IMG/VR virus record: IMGVR_UViG_2928716645_000002
Coordinates: 32,001 to 96,000 of that record
Length of the DNA: 64,000 bases
Origin: a virus
Lineage: Duplodnaviria; Caudoviricetes
Reading direction: 5' to 3' (one strand)
Of this stretch, positions 35,337 to 42,972 are shown piece by piece. How positions within the stretch are numbered: position 1 is the stretch's first letter; each line of letters begins with the position of its first letter. The notes under the pieces were generated by a model. It did no database searches, was not told the origin of the DNA, and was given only the letters and a program-made list of their open reading frames with translations. Both the position numbers and the translations under genes were made by a program.

Positions 35337-35552
35337 CTACGATCGATTTTGCGCGCTGCGCCTTTTCTTCGCCGCGCTCCGCTTCTTCGCCGGTGATCGC
35401 TTGGCGGCTGGCATCGGCGTCGACTCCTTTGCCGCTGCGGCAGCCGCAGCGTCCCGAGCATCGAGCTCCCGCTTCTGCGCCTGCATCCGCTCGAACCTGG
35501 CTTCGCGCTGAGCCCGCAGCGCGTCGGCGCGCGGTGATGGTTCGCGTCCCAT
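35337..35552 (-). CDS. Small basic Ala/Lys-rich protein
   Basis: MGREPSPRAD...AKRSPAKKRSAAKKRR; TAATG-coupled; its stop lies inside the last motif B. Confidence 0.5.
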   Translation of the reverse strand: MGREPSPRADALRAQREARFERMQAQKRELDARDAAAAAAAKESTPMPAAKRSPAKKRSAAKKRRSAQNRS

Positions 35553-35827
35553 TAAGCTGGGTCCTCCCATCGGACCGGCGCTTCGCCGACCTCGAGCATA
35601 ACCGGCGGGTGCGTGCGCGAGATAATCCGAAGATGCACCGCCGCCCCTGCATTGAGCCGTGCCAGCTCTTCCGCCGTCGGTTTCCATGCCGACGTTAGCG
35701 ATGGCAGCGAGTCGTTCAGCACCTCAGCGCGGATCGGGAGATCGAAACATTCACCGTTTCGCTCCTCGTTCCAGTCTTTCGGAGCGGCCAACACCATGTT
35801 GGAGCCGGAGATCTTGGCAATTTCCAT
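35552..35827 (-). CDS. Hypothetical phage protein
   Basis: APKDWN....C..LP.R...SAWKPT.EEL..LNAG...HPPV pattern. Confidence 0.7.
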   Translation of the reverse strand: MEIAKISGSNMVLAAPKDWNEERNGECFDLPIRAEVLNDSLPSLTSAWKPTAEELARLNAGAAVHLRIISRTHPPVMLEVGEAPVRWEDPA

Positions 35828-35836
35828 TGTGCTCTC

Positions 35837-36181
35837 CTACGATCTCATGCGGTTTGCTCGAGCTTGAATGCCGGCCCGGGTGTTGTGGCTGTTGCAGGCG
35901 CAGCGGCCATTAGCCAGGTCGCGGGCCAGATCCGGGCGATCTCTGACGTCTTGGATGTGATCGGCGTACATCTGGTCGCCACGCGCCTTGCTGCGCTCGC
36001 AGCGGACACCATTCTCAACGTGCTCGCAGCGCCAGCCGGCGCGCTGTTTTACCTTCAACGCCCACTGCTGGTGCTCGACGGTCTGATAATGCGGGTCCGC
36101 CCGCTTCTCCGGAGGCTTCACCTTCCTGGTGTCCAGCGTCGGGACGCGCGGGCTGAGAGACGGAATTCGCGATCGCCTCAT
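35837..36181 (-). CDS. HNH endonuclease (packaging-associated, gp74-like)
   Basis: Y....W...VK.RAGWRC...C...ADHI..V.D....D..NG.C.C..H; ATGA-coupled start MRRSRIPSL. Confidence 0.85.
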   Translation of the reverse strand: MRRSRIPSLSPRVPTLDTRKVKPPEKRADPHYQTVEHQQWALKVKQRAGWRCEHVENGVRCERSKARGDQMYADHIQDVRDRPDLARDLANGRCACNSHNTRAGIQARANRMRS

Positions 36182-36363
36182 TTCTTTTCTCCCCGCCGCG
36201 GTCCGAACATCTTCCGCCCCATCGCGCGCACCATCTCCCGCTGGTCCCAGGTCATGTGGTCGTTGTCGACATCGAGCAGCAAAAGACCGTATTCCCGCCA
36301 CACCCGCTGCTTCGTCTCGAGCGGGGTTTCCCGCGTGTTGGGCGCAAACCGTCCGAGCGACAT
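36178..36363 (-). CDS. Small hypothetical protein
   Basis: MSLGRFAP...; coupled to the HNH gene. Confidence 0.55.
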   Translation of the reverse strand: MSLGRFAPNTRETPLETKQRVWREYGLLLLDVDNDHMTWDQREMVRAMGRKMFGPRRGEKK

Positions 36364-36374
36364 CGATCCGGCCC

Positions 36375-37280
36375 CTACTTCAGAAATCCGGCGGCGCCCA
36401 ACACTCGGCGCGCAGCGCTCCACGTCCGATCGATAATCGTGACGTGATCGTAGACCCCGGCCAAAGCGTTTAACGCAACCTTCAGTTCGATGTTGCTTGA
36501 CCGGTGGTCTGGGCCGCCATGCTTGTGCATGTCCTCTGCGCTGGCCTCGTAGCCAATCCGGGCAAGCAAGATTTCGAAATGCCGCTCACCGAGCCGGCGC
36601 TTGGCCTCGTTGAGCCGAGCCTGCGCCTCGAGCGCGATCGTGTGCGAGGGCGAACCGCCGCCGCCGCCGTCGACCTTGTCCTGGAGCGCGAAGCCTCGCG
36701 ACCCGTGGAACGTGGCCAGATCGAAGTCGCGCCGGAACCGATCTGCGGCGCTCTGGCGCAGCTTGTCCTCTGGATCGGCAGCGCCCCGCTTCTTCGACTC
36801 GGTCAGATTGAGATGCGAGGCCCGGACGGTGTCGACCATCACGTTGAGCCGCGGGTTTTCCGGATCCGGGATGATGTGCTTGCGCCGGCCGCTGGCGAGC
36901 CGCTCGGCCTCGTCCGCCGCCTTCTGTTCCTTCTTGGTGAGCGGCTTGCCCCAGAGATTCAGCGGGTCGGTCGAGTCGACGGTCCCGCTCCGGAAACCCT
37001 GCTGGAACAGCTTATTCCGATGCAAGGCTTCCTTGACGCGGCGCGCGCCCTCTGTGTCGCGGTCCATCAGGTACTCGACCACGAGTTCCTGGACGATGCG
37101 CTGCCTGCGGCGCGTCTCTTCGAATAGGAGTTGACCTTCGTAAGTCAGCCCCTTGTACGACTCCATCGGTGTGGCTCGACGGATATCGCGCATGAATGCA
37201 CGGGCGCGGCGATCGCGCGCCTTGTCGACGTGCACCGTCGCAACATCCGTGATCTGTGCTTGAGACATTCCATCCTCCAC
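36375..37280 (-). CDS. Late gene activator / antiterminator candidate (DUF6456/GafA-like C-terminus)
   Basis: AADRFRRDFDLA...VDGGG...AQARL..A...LG...LK.AL..LA..Y pattern; occupies the Q position. Confidence 0.6.
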   Translation of the reverse strand: MEDGMSQAQITDVATVHVDKARDRRARAFMRDIRRATPMESYKGLTYEGQLLFEETRRRQRIVQELVVEYLMDRDTEGARRVKEALHRNKLFQQGFRSGTVDSTDPLNLWGKPLTKKEQKAADEAERLASGRRKHIIPDPENPRLNVMVDTVRASHLNLTESKKRGAADPEDKLRQSAADRFRRDFDLATFHGSRGFALQDKVDGGGGGSPSHTIALEAQARLNEAKRRLGERHFEILLARIGYEASAEDMHKHGGPDHRSSNIELKVALNALAGVYDHVTIIDRTWSAARRVLGAAGFLK

Positions 37281-37409
37281 GCAGAATCACGAATAGATTT
37301 CGCGGAGGTGATTTGTCTACGATTGCAAGAGGAAAGTTGAAGCGTCATCCACCAGTGCTTTAGAGACGCGGCATACACGACGACGGCCGCCGATCGACGC
37401 TCGCGGCCT

Positions 37410-37901
37410 TCACATCGTGAACTTGGCACCGAGCTGCCGCAGCATTTCGTAAGGCCCGATGTACTCGACGCCGAACTGCTTGCAGACATTCGGGATCTTT
37501 GGCTTCTTCGACGTCGCATCGACGAGCTGCTCGGCTGTCGCGACGATCATTCCGTCTACCTGGGCTCGGGCGATAAGCCAGGCGTCGGCCCCTTTGAGGA
37601 ATTCGCTGGCGTTGTGCTGCGGGTACGTCTTGACGACATATTCCGCTATTGGCTGATACGCGGCCTGAACTGGCGCGGCGGGCGGCTGGAAGAACTGCGT
37701 GCCGTCGCGATCCTTGACCCAATCAGCCAGTTCATCGCCGAAACCAACCATCTCCTCGTAGACGGTGCGGCATGACACGATCCGGCCAGACGCTGACTCC
37801 TTGTCGAGCCAGGTCCAGAATCCCGGCACGATATCCATGGCGTAGGGGCCATTCTGCGCTTGGATGAAAATGTTGCTGTCCAAACAATACGGCTTCGGCA
37901 T
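37410..37901 (-). CDS. DUF4411 family PIN-domain protein
   Basis: YCLDSNIFI, PGFW.WL, VYEE, ADAWLIA.A, T.E, KIPNVC..FGV. Confidence 0.88.
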   Translation of the reverse strand: MPKPYCLDSNIFIQAQNGPYAMDIVPGFWTWLDKESASGRIVSCRTVYEEMVGFGDELADWVKDRDGTQFFQPPAAPVQAAYQPIAEYVVKTYPQHNASEFLKGADAWLIARAQVDGMIVATAEQLVDATSKKPKIPNVCKQFGVEYIGPYEMLRQLGAKFTM

Positions 37902-37904
37902 CGA

Positions 37905-39068
37905 TCACCGCAGCTCCAGCTTGTCGGCCACGGCACGCAGCAGCGGGACCTTGACACCGAGCAGGCGCGCCGCATCCCGGTACAGGGTGTGGCCCTCGAA
38001 CGTGGCGTTGATCACAGCCCTGGTGAACAGCGAGCCGTTACGCGAACGAAGGGTGACGTAGAAGTCGCCGCCGCCTTCATCGCCGCCGCTGTCCCGCTGC
38101 CGAAAGCGGGCAAACTCGCGTCGATACATCTCGTCGATTTCGCGTTGGTCGACGTCGAGCAGATCGGATGCCCGCCGCAGCAGCACCAGCGAACTCACCC
38201 GATAGCGCCGCACCAGATGGCCGATGTTGGCCTCGATGCTGACCTTGTAATTCCAGTGACGACGCAAGCTTTCCGCCGGCACGAGCACCTCGGCCGCGAC
38301 GGCGTTACAGAACTGCTCGGTCCTGGCCTCTTGCCGCTGGCTCTGCGCCAGCTCGACGTTCGATATCCCGGTGGTGCCGATCCACAGGTGTGCTATCTCG
38401 TGCGCGAGCGTGAATATCTGTGCGGCTTTCGCGTCTCGGCCGTTGATGAATACGAGCGGCGCCACCTTGTCCGCGATGGCGAAGCCACGGAATTCGTCGA
38501 CGGACAGCGCGCGGTGAGTGTTGTTGCCCACTATCCCGCTGCGCATTACCATGATGCCCGCCGCCTCGGCCTGGCGGATGAATAGGCGTAGGAAATCCTC
38601 CCAGCTGCTCGCCTCCGCCCGCATGGCCTCATCGATCTTGAGCACCTCGACGATACTGCGCGCTACCTCGTTCGAGTCGCTCCTGATCGTGAAGGCGCCC
38701 ACGAAGCCCAGCGGCTCGGCGCCCTCTTGCTGCCGGTAGTCCCGGTACCATTCATGCTTCCGGATGATGTCGTTGACCAGGTCGTTGAAGTCGACGCTAG
38801 GCCGCCGCAACTCGGCATTGCCCACGGTCCGCAGATCCGGCAACGCGAACTCGTCCGCCGGCGGACTCTGCAGAAACAGGTAGCCGAACGGAATTCGCAG
38901 GACGTTCGCTAGGGTCTGCGCCTGCTTGAATGTTGGCTTGGCCTCGCCGCTCTCCCATGCATCGAGGCGGTCCGGCTTCACGCCGAGCCTTCCCGCCACG
39001 TCCTCCGGCGCGAGCTTCGATCGCTCGCGCGCCCAGCGCAGAACTTCCGGTGTGATGAGCGCTTCCAT
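37905..39068 (-). CDS. XRE-HTH + ImmA/IrrE (M78) metallopeptidase
   Basis: N-terminal HTH (LRWARE...WESGE.KPT..Q), EFRGF, FTLAHEIAH, EQFCNAVAAEVLVP. Confidence 0.92.
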   Translation of the reverse strand: MEALITPEVLRWARERSKLAPEDVAGRLGVKPDRLDAWESGEAKPTFKQAQTLANVLRIPFGYLFLQSPPADEFALPDLRTVGNAELRRPSVDFNDLVNDIIRKHEWYRDYRQQEGAEPLGFVGAFTIRSDSNEVARSIVEVLKIDEAMRAEASSWEDFLRLFIRQAEAAGIMVMRSGIVGNNTHRALSVDEFRGFAIADKVAPLVFINGRDAKAAQIFTLAHEIAHLWIGTTGISNVELAQSQRQEARTEQFCNAVAAEVLVPAESLRRHWNYKVSIEANIGHLVRRYRVSSLVLLRRASDLLDVDQREIDEMYRREFARFRQRDSGGDEGGGDFYVTLRSRNGSLFTRAVINATFEGHTLYRDAARLLGVKVPLLRAVADKLELR

Positions 39069-39164
39069 TGCAGTTGGTTAACTGTTCCCGGGCCGGCCTG
39101 CCACCCCGCGGCCGCGCCAACCGTCGCACGAATTCGTTAACGGCTCAACGTCCCGCCGGGCACG

Positions 39165-39189
39165 AAAAAGCCCGAGCCAGGCCCGGGCT
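39165..39189 (-). terminator. Rho-independent terminator after dnaB
   Basis: Minus strand AGCCCGGGC-CTG-GCTCGGGCT followed by TTTT. Confidence 0.6.
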
Positions 39190-39285
39190 GCATTGCGCGC
39201 CCTTGCGGGATCGGGCCGCTGGCCCTGCTCCACACGATGCGGACCACGGCCTGCTATGGTCGGACGGGGGTGACTTAATTATAAG

Positions 39286-40716
39286 TCAAAACGGTATCTC
39301 CTCTCTGTTTGCGCTTCCTCCGAACAGCATCCGCGGCCCGTTGAAGTCGATTTCCTTCCACTTGCTGCCGGTACCGCTGCGGTTCTTGAAGACGGCGAAG
39401 GCCGCCTTGTCTTTCCAGATGTCGTATTCCCTCAGCCAGCGATCGCGCTGCTCGCGGCCTTTCGGGTTGTCTTCCGAAGCCGGCTCCGGCTCGTTGTCGC
39501 GGAGCCAGATCTTTGGGATCGTCAGGCCGATGATGACGTCGCTGTTCTCGACGATGAGGCCGCCGCCGTAGATGTCGCCGCTTCCGAATTTCCAGCTTGG
39601 TGCCCGCTGCCCCTCTCGGGTCAACTGCGCGAGTTGCCAGACGACACCGTCGAGCTCCTTGGCGAGATCCTTCGTGTAGGCCGACGCATATTCGACCGTC
39701 CGCACAACGTTCCAATGCTCCTGTTCCGGTTCGACCAGCTTCAGGTGATCAATGCAGAACTGTCTCACGCCGTACCGCCGCTTCGCCTTCCGGAACTCGT
39801 TGCCGATCTGCTTGATCGTCATCCGGCTGCGGTCCTGGACCCAGACCTTGATCGACTCGAGCTGTTCCCTCGCCCGCCGGATGTCGAGGAATTCCTTCTG
39901 GTTGAAGTCGCCGCTGATCTGCTTCTTGACCGAGACGCCCGACAGCGATGCGATGTCACGATATGCGATCTGCTCCGCGGACATCTCGAGGCTGAGCGAA
40001 AAGCCCGGGAAAATGCTGGTCTCATCCAAAGACGGTCCGGCGTTGTCGCGCAGGATCTGCGCCATCAATGCCGATTTGCCGTGTCCCGACGGGGCGGCCA
40101 GCGTGACAGTAGTCCCACCAACGATCGGTCCGAGAACCTCGTCCAATTCCGGGATCTTGGTGAGCACGCCGACGGCTCGTTTGCCCTGATGTTCGTAGGC
40201 CTCGCCCGCCTTCGCCATCGCGCTTCCGGCTGCGTCGCCGAGCGCAACGGCGTGCCGCACCCGGTCGTGGTCGTCGACGACACGGAGCAGGTCGTCGATC
40301 TCCTGGCGCGTTTGGTCGAAGGTCTTACCCGGCGCCGTGGCTACCTTGCCGAGCTCGACGCGAGCCCGCTCTCGCCAAGCCAACACGACGTCGTCGACGA
40401 AGTCGAGCGCACTGCCGACGTCCGCGGCCTTCTCGATCAAGATCTGGAGCACGGCCTCGGTATCGCCGACACCTTCGAACTCGGTCGGCAGCTTGGCCTC
40501 GAGCAGCGACAGAGCCGGTCCGGCACCGTTCAGGCAACAATCCTCGACCGCGGAGAAGATCAGACGATGGTGCGGCACCGTGAACTGGTCCGCCGACACG
40601 CGATCCGAGACGGCCCAGAAAGTCTCGGCCGACCCTAGAATTTTTCCAATGATCGCCTCTTCGGCCCGAACGTTTTGGGTCGGCTTGGCGGTTTGCGCGA
40701 CAGGCTTACGGCTCAA
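39286..40716 (-). CDS. dnaB: DnaB-like replicative helicase
   Basis: AEEAIIG, Walker A APSGHGKS, SLEMS.EQI, IDHL, KDLAKEL, LAQL.R, KNRSG. Confidence 0.88.
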   Translation of the reverse strand: MSRKPVAQTAKPTQNVRAEEAIIGKILGSAETFWAVSDRVSADQFTVPHHRLIFSAVEDCCLNGAGPALSLLEAKLPTEFEGVGDTEAVLQILIEKAADVGSALDFVDDVVLAWRERARVELGKVATAPGKTFDQTRQEIDDLLRVVDDHDRVRHAVALGDAAGSAMAKAGEAYEHQGKRAVGVLTKIPELDEVLGPIVGGTTVTLAAPSGHGKSALMAQILRDNAGPSLDETSIFPGFSLSLEMSAEQIAYRDIASLSGVSVKKQISGDFNQKEFLDIRRAREQLESIKVWVQDRSRMTIKQIGNEFRKAKRRYGVRQFCIDHLKLVEPEQEHWNVVRTVEYASAYTKDLAKELDGVVWQLAQLTREGQRAPSWKFGSGDIYGGGLIVENSDVIIGLTIPKIWLRDNEPEPASEDNPKGREQRDRWLREYDIWKDKAAFAVFKNRSGTGSKWKEIDFNGPRMLFGGSANREEIPF

Positions 40717-41804
40717 ACGATTGTCTCCCGGCGCAGGCGCGCATTCCAGATGTCGAGATAGTCGCTACGCATGCGCGGTTCCGGCTGGCTGTCGTGCAGC
40801 TTGCCGATCGCGACCATGCGTTCATGAAGTTTCCGCACCGCGGCGCGGCCGGCGGGCTCGGCGAGGATCAGGTCGCCGTCCTGGCGGCGCCATGGCTTGT
40901 CGCCGTCGGGGAAAGATGTGATCCGCTCCACCTCGATCGGCGGCTCGAGTCCGGCGACTCCGCTGGTGCTGAGGCCGGCCCAGACCGGGCGCCGATACTT
41001 GATCAGCGCGCGCGCGGCGAGACAGGTCTCCAGCCCCTCGCCCAACCCGATATGCGGCGCGACCCCGCCGATACGAACGGCGCCGCCGGCCGCGACGCCG
41101 GTACCGATCTTTGCCTTGTCGACCGGCGCCTTTGCCGCCTTTGCCGGGTCAAGGTGGACTTTCCAGATGGCAGTCAGGTCACCGAACACGTCATCAACGC
41201 GGGCAACTAGCGTCGGAAACGCGAGCCGATCGTCGAGGTCATAGAAGACGCGGCCGTGAAAACGCAGACAATCGTCCCAGCCACCGGGGGGGACCGGAAT
41301 CCCGCGTGCGATCAAATAGGCCTCGGCATGAGTACCGGCGATCGCGACGCTCTCGGCCCAGATGCCGGCCGCCGTGGCCTGGCGTGCGCGGGCGTGCTCC
41401 TCGGCGCGGCGCTCGTCGGCAGCCCGCTTCTCCGCGGCATCTGCCTCGCGATCCTCTCGCCTCCTCCGCTCTTCGGGGGTTTCCTCGCGGGCGCGATCGA
41501 GCCCGACGAACTCGCGCGCGCGGTCGAAGACCTCGGCGTCAGCCCTGTGGTTGCCGGTCATACCATACGCAAACAGGTTGATCTCGTCGCCGCCGATGCT
41601 TGCCGAACTCCTGACCCAGCTGCCGCGGTGATATTTCCCGACCGTTCCCAGATAGACTTGGAATGAGCCGAGGTCACCTTTCACGCCGGGAGCGCAATAA
41701 GCGATCTTGCCGCGGGTCTTGTACCCCTTCCAGAAGTGGTCGAGGACACGCTCCAACTGCTCGTTGAGGCGTTTCTTGATCTCGGCTGTATCTTCTCGAG
41801 TCAT
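40713..41804 (-). CDS. Toprim-domain primase-like protein
   Basis: AEAYL.ARGI, LRFH, GGAVR.G, GEGLET, FPDGD, GRAA; start MTREDTAE. Confidence 0.8.
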   Translation of the reverse strand: MTREDTAEIKKRLNEQLERVLDHFWKGYKTRGKIAYCAPGVKGDLGSFQVYLGTVGKYHRGSWVRSSASIGGDEINLFAYGMTGNHRADAEVFDRAREFVGLDRAREETPEERRRREDREADAAEKRAADERRAEEHARARQATAAGIWAESVAIAGTHAEAYLIARGIPVPPGGWDDCLRFHGRVFYDLDDRLAFPTLVARVDDVFGDLTAIWKVHLDPAKAAKAPVDKAKIGTGVAAGGAVRIGGVAPHIGLGEGLETCLAARALIKYRRPVWAGLSTSGVAGLEPPIEVERITSFPDGDKPWRRQDGDLILAEPAGRAAVRKLHERMVAIGKLHDSQPEPRMRSDYLDIWNARLRRETIV

Positions 41805-42157
41805 GCCTCGACCTTCGGCCGGCGGCGCGGCGCGTCCTCGGCACCGAACGCCGCCTTGATGGTCACGTCGTCCTTGATCCGGTGCCACAGCACGTTGGCC
41901 GCCGTCCAAGTCCGCTGCCACGCGCTGAAGAATTTGGCTCGCTTCGCGGAGCGCTCGATCGCGTTGCCGCGCTTGTCATAGCGGCGCTGAAACCACCTCG
42001 CCCGCGCACGCAACTGCTTGTGGCGATTCCGCATAGCCAGGTCGCCCATACGCCAGTGACGCCCGCACATAATAGAGACCCCTTCGGCGTCCTCGCTGGC
42101 TTCGCGCTTGAACGTCCGCCCGCAGCCCGGGATGCAGCATCTGATGCGATCCGTCAC
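41801..42157 (-). CDS. Hypothetical Zn-binding basic protein
   Basis: CCIPGC.RT...MCGRHW; coupled on both sides. Confidence 0.65.
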   Translation of the reverse strand: MTDRIRCCIPGCGRTFKREASEDAEGVSIMCGRHWRMGDLAMRNRHKQLRARARWFQRRYDKRGNAIERSAKRAKFFSAWQRTWTAANVLWHRIKDDVTIKAAFGAEDAPRRRPKVEA

Positions 42158-42972
42158 AGAAGATTCTCCTGCTTCGGCTCCTGCGCGGCGACCGGCGGCG
42201 GTGCTAAGGGATCGGCCGGCTTCCAGTGATCGAAGTCGACCGCGATCTCTTCATAGACGCGCGGGTGTTGCGCCTTGAAGTTCGGGAAACCCACGGCGGC
42301 GCGATAGACGCCTCGATCGAGAACGAGCCAGCCGGCGCCGGAAGGCAACCAGCGGCGGTGATCGATGTTGATGTGCTTGAAATCGGCCCGGACTAGGAAG
42401 CCACGCTTCTCCAGAATGATCGCGATCTTGATGGCGGCGATCTTCCAGCTGGTTAGTTGGACCGGTGACGGAGCGCCTGGATCAACGTCGGGCACGTAAT
42501 CCGGTAGCATGTGCCGCTTCGCCGGCGCCCACTCGAACCATTCCGGATCATTCACGCCGTGGCGATCGCCGGGCAACTCGGGCTCAAACGGCTTCGGCTT
42601 GTAGCCCAAGTAAAAGGCTTTCGCCTTCTTCTCTCTGATCTGCTCCTCCGATTGCACGTAAATGATGGTGAGGCCGATGTACTTGCAGATCCGGCCAAAC
42701 CCGCCCTGTGAATCCGCTGGCACGAGTACGGCGCGGCAATCCGGGCCGGCGCGATCGGCGGAGAACGATCCGTATTCCTCAAGCGCCTGGCTGATGACTT
42801 CAGTGTTCAGTCGAAGCTTCGCCTCGACGCCGATCTGGAATCCGTCCACCCTGCGCACCAGCAGGATGTCCCAGCCACACGTCTCGGGGTAAGCGGTCCA
42901 TCCCTCGGGTAGCGAGGAGATGAACCGCTTGCACAATTCCACTTCGGTGGCGAATGGCTTCAGTTTCGGCAT
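42154..42972 (-). CDS. PD-(D/E)xK nuclease-like protein
   Basis: YPE..GWDILL......IGVEAKL; start MPKLKPF. Confidence 0.6.
   Translation of the reverse strand: MPKLKPFATEVELCKRFISSLPEGWTAYPETCGWDILLVRRVDGFQIGVEAKLRLNTEVISQALEEYGSFSADRAGPDCRAVLVPADSQGGFGRICKYIGLTIIYVQSEEQIREKKAKAFYLGYKPKPFEPELPGDRHGVNDPEWFEWAPAKRHMLPDYVPDVDPGAPSPVQLTSWKIAAIKIAIILEKRGFLVRADFKHINIDHRRWLPSGAGWLVLDRGVYRAAVGFPNFKAQHPRVYEEIAVDFDHWKPADPLAPPPVAAQEPKQENLL

Larger units (their letters stand above)
29603..35351 (+). repeat. Dispersed repeat B: (C/T)CGGCTACGRYCGATT(TTG), 10 copies after stop codons
   Basis: TACG cores at 29608, 29912, 30852, 30877, 33139, 33168, 34042, 34932, 34961 and 35338. Confidence 0.9.

Noticed and set aside
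25924-35351. Repeats A and B as a CRISPR or other guide-RNA array
   Set aside because: The repeats are 14-20 nt and separated by whole genes of very different lengths, not by uniform spacers. I recognised no cas or Nop-domain gene.
29603-35351. Repeat B as integron attC sites
   Set aside because: No RYYYAAC/GTTRRRY ends, too short for an attC fold, and no integron integrase in the window.
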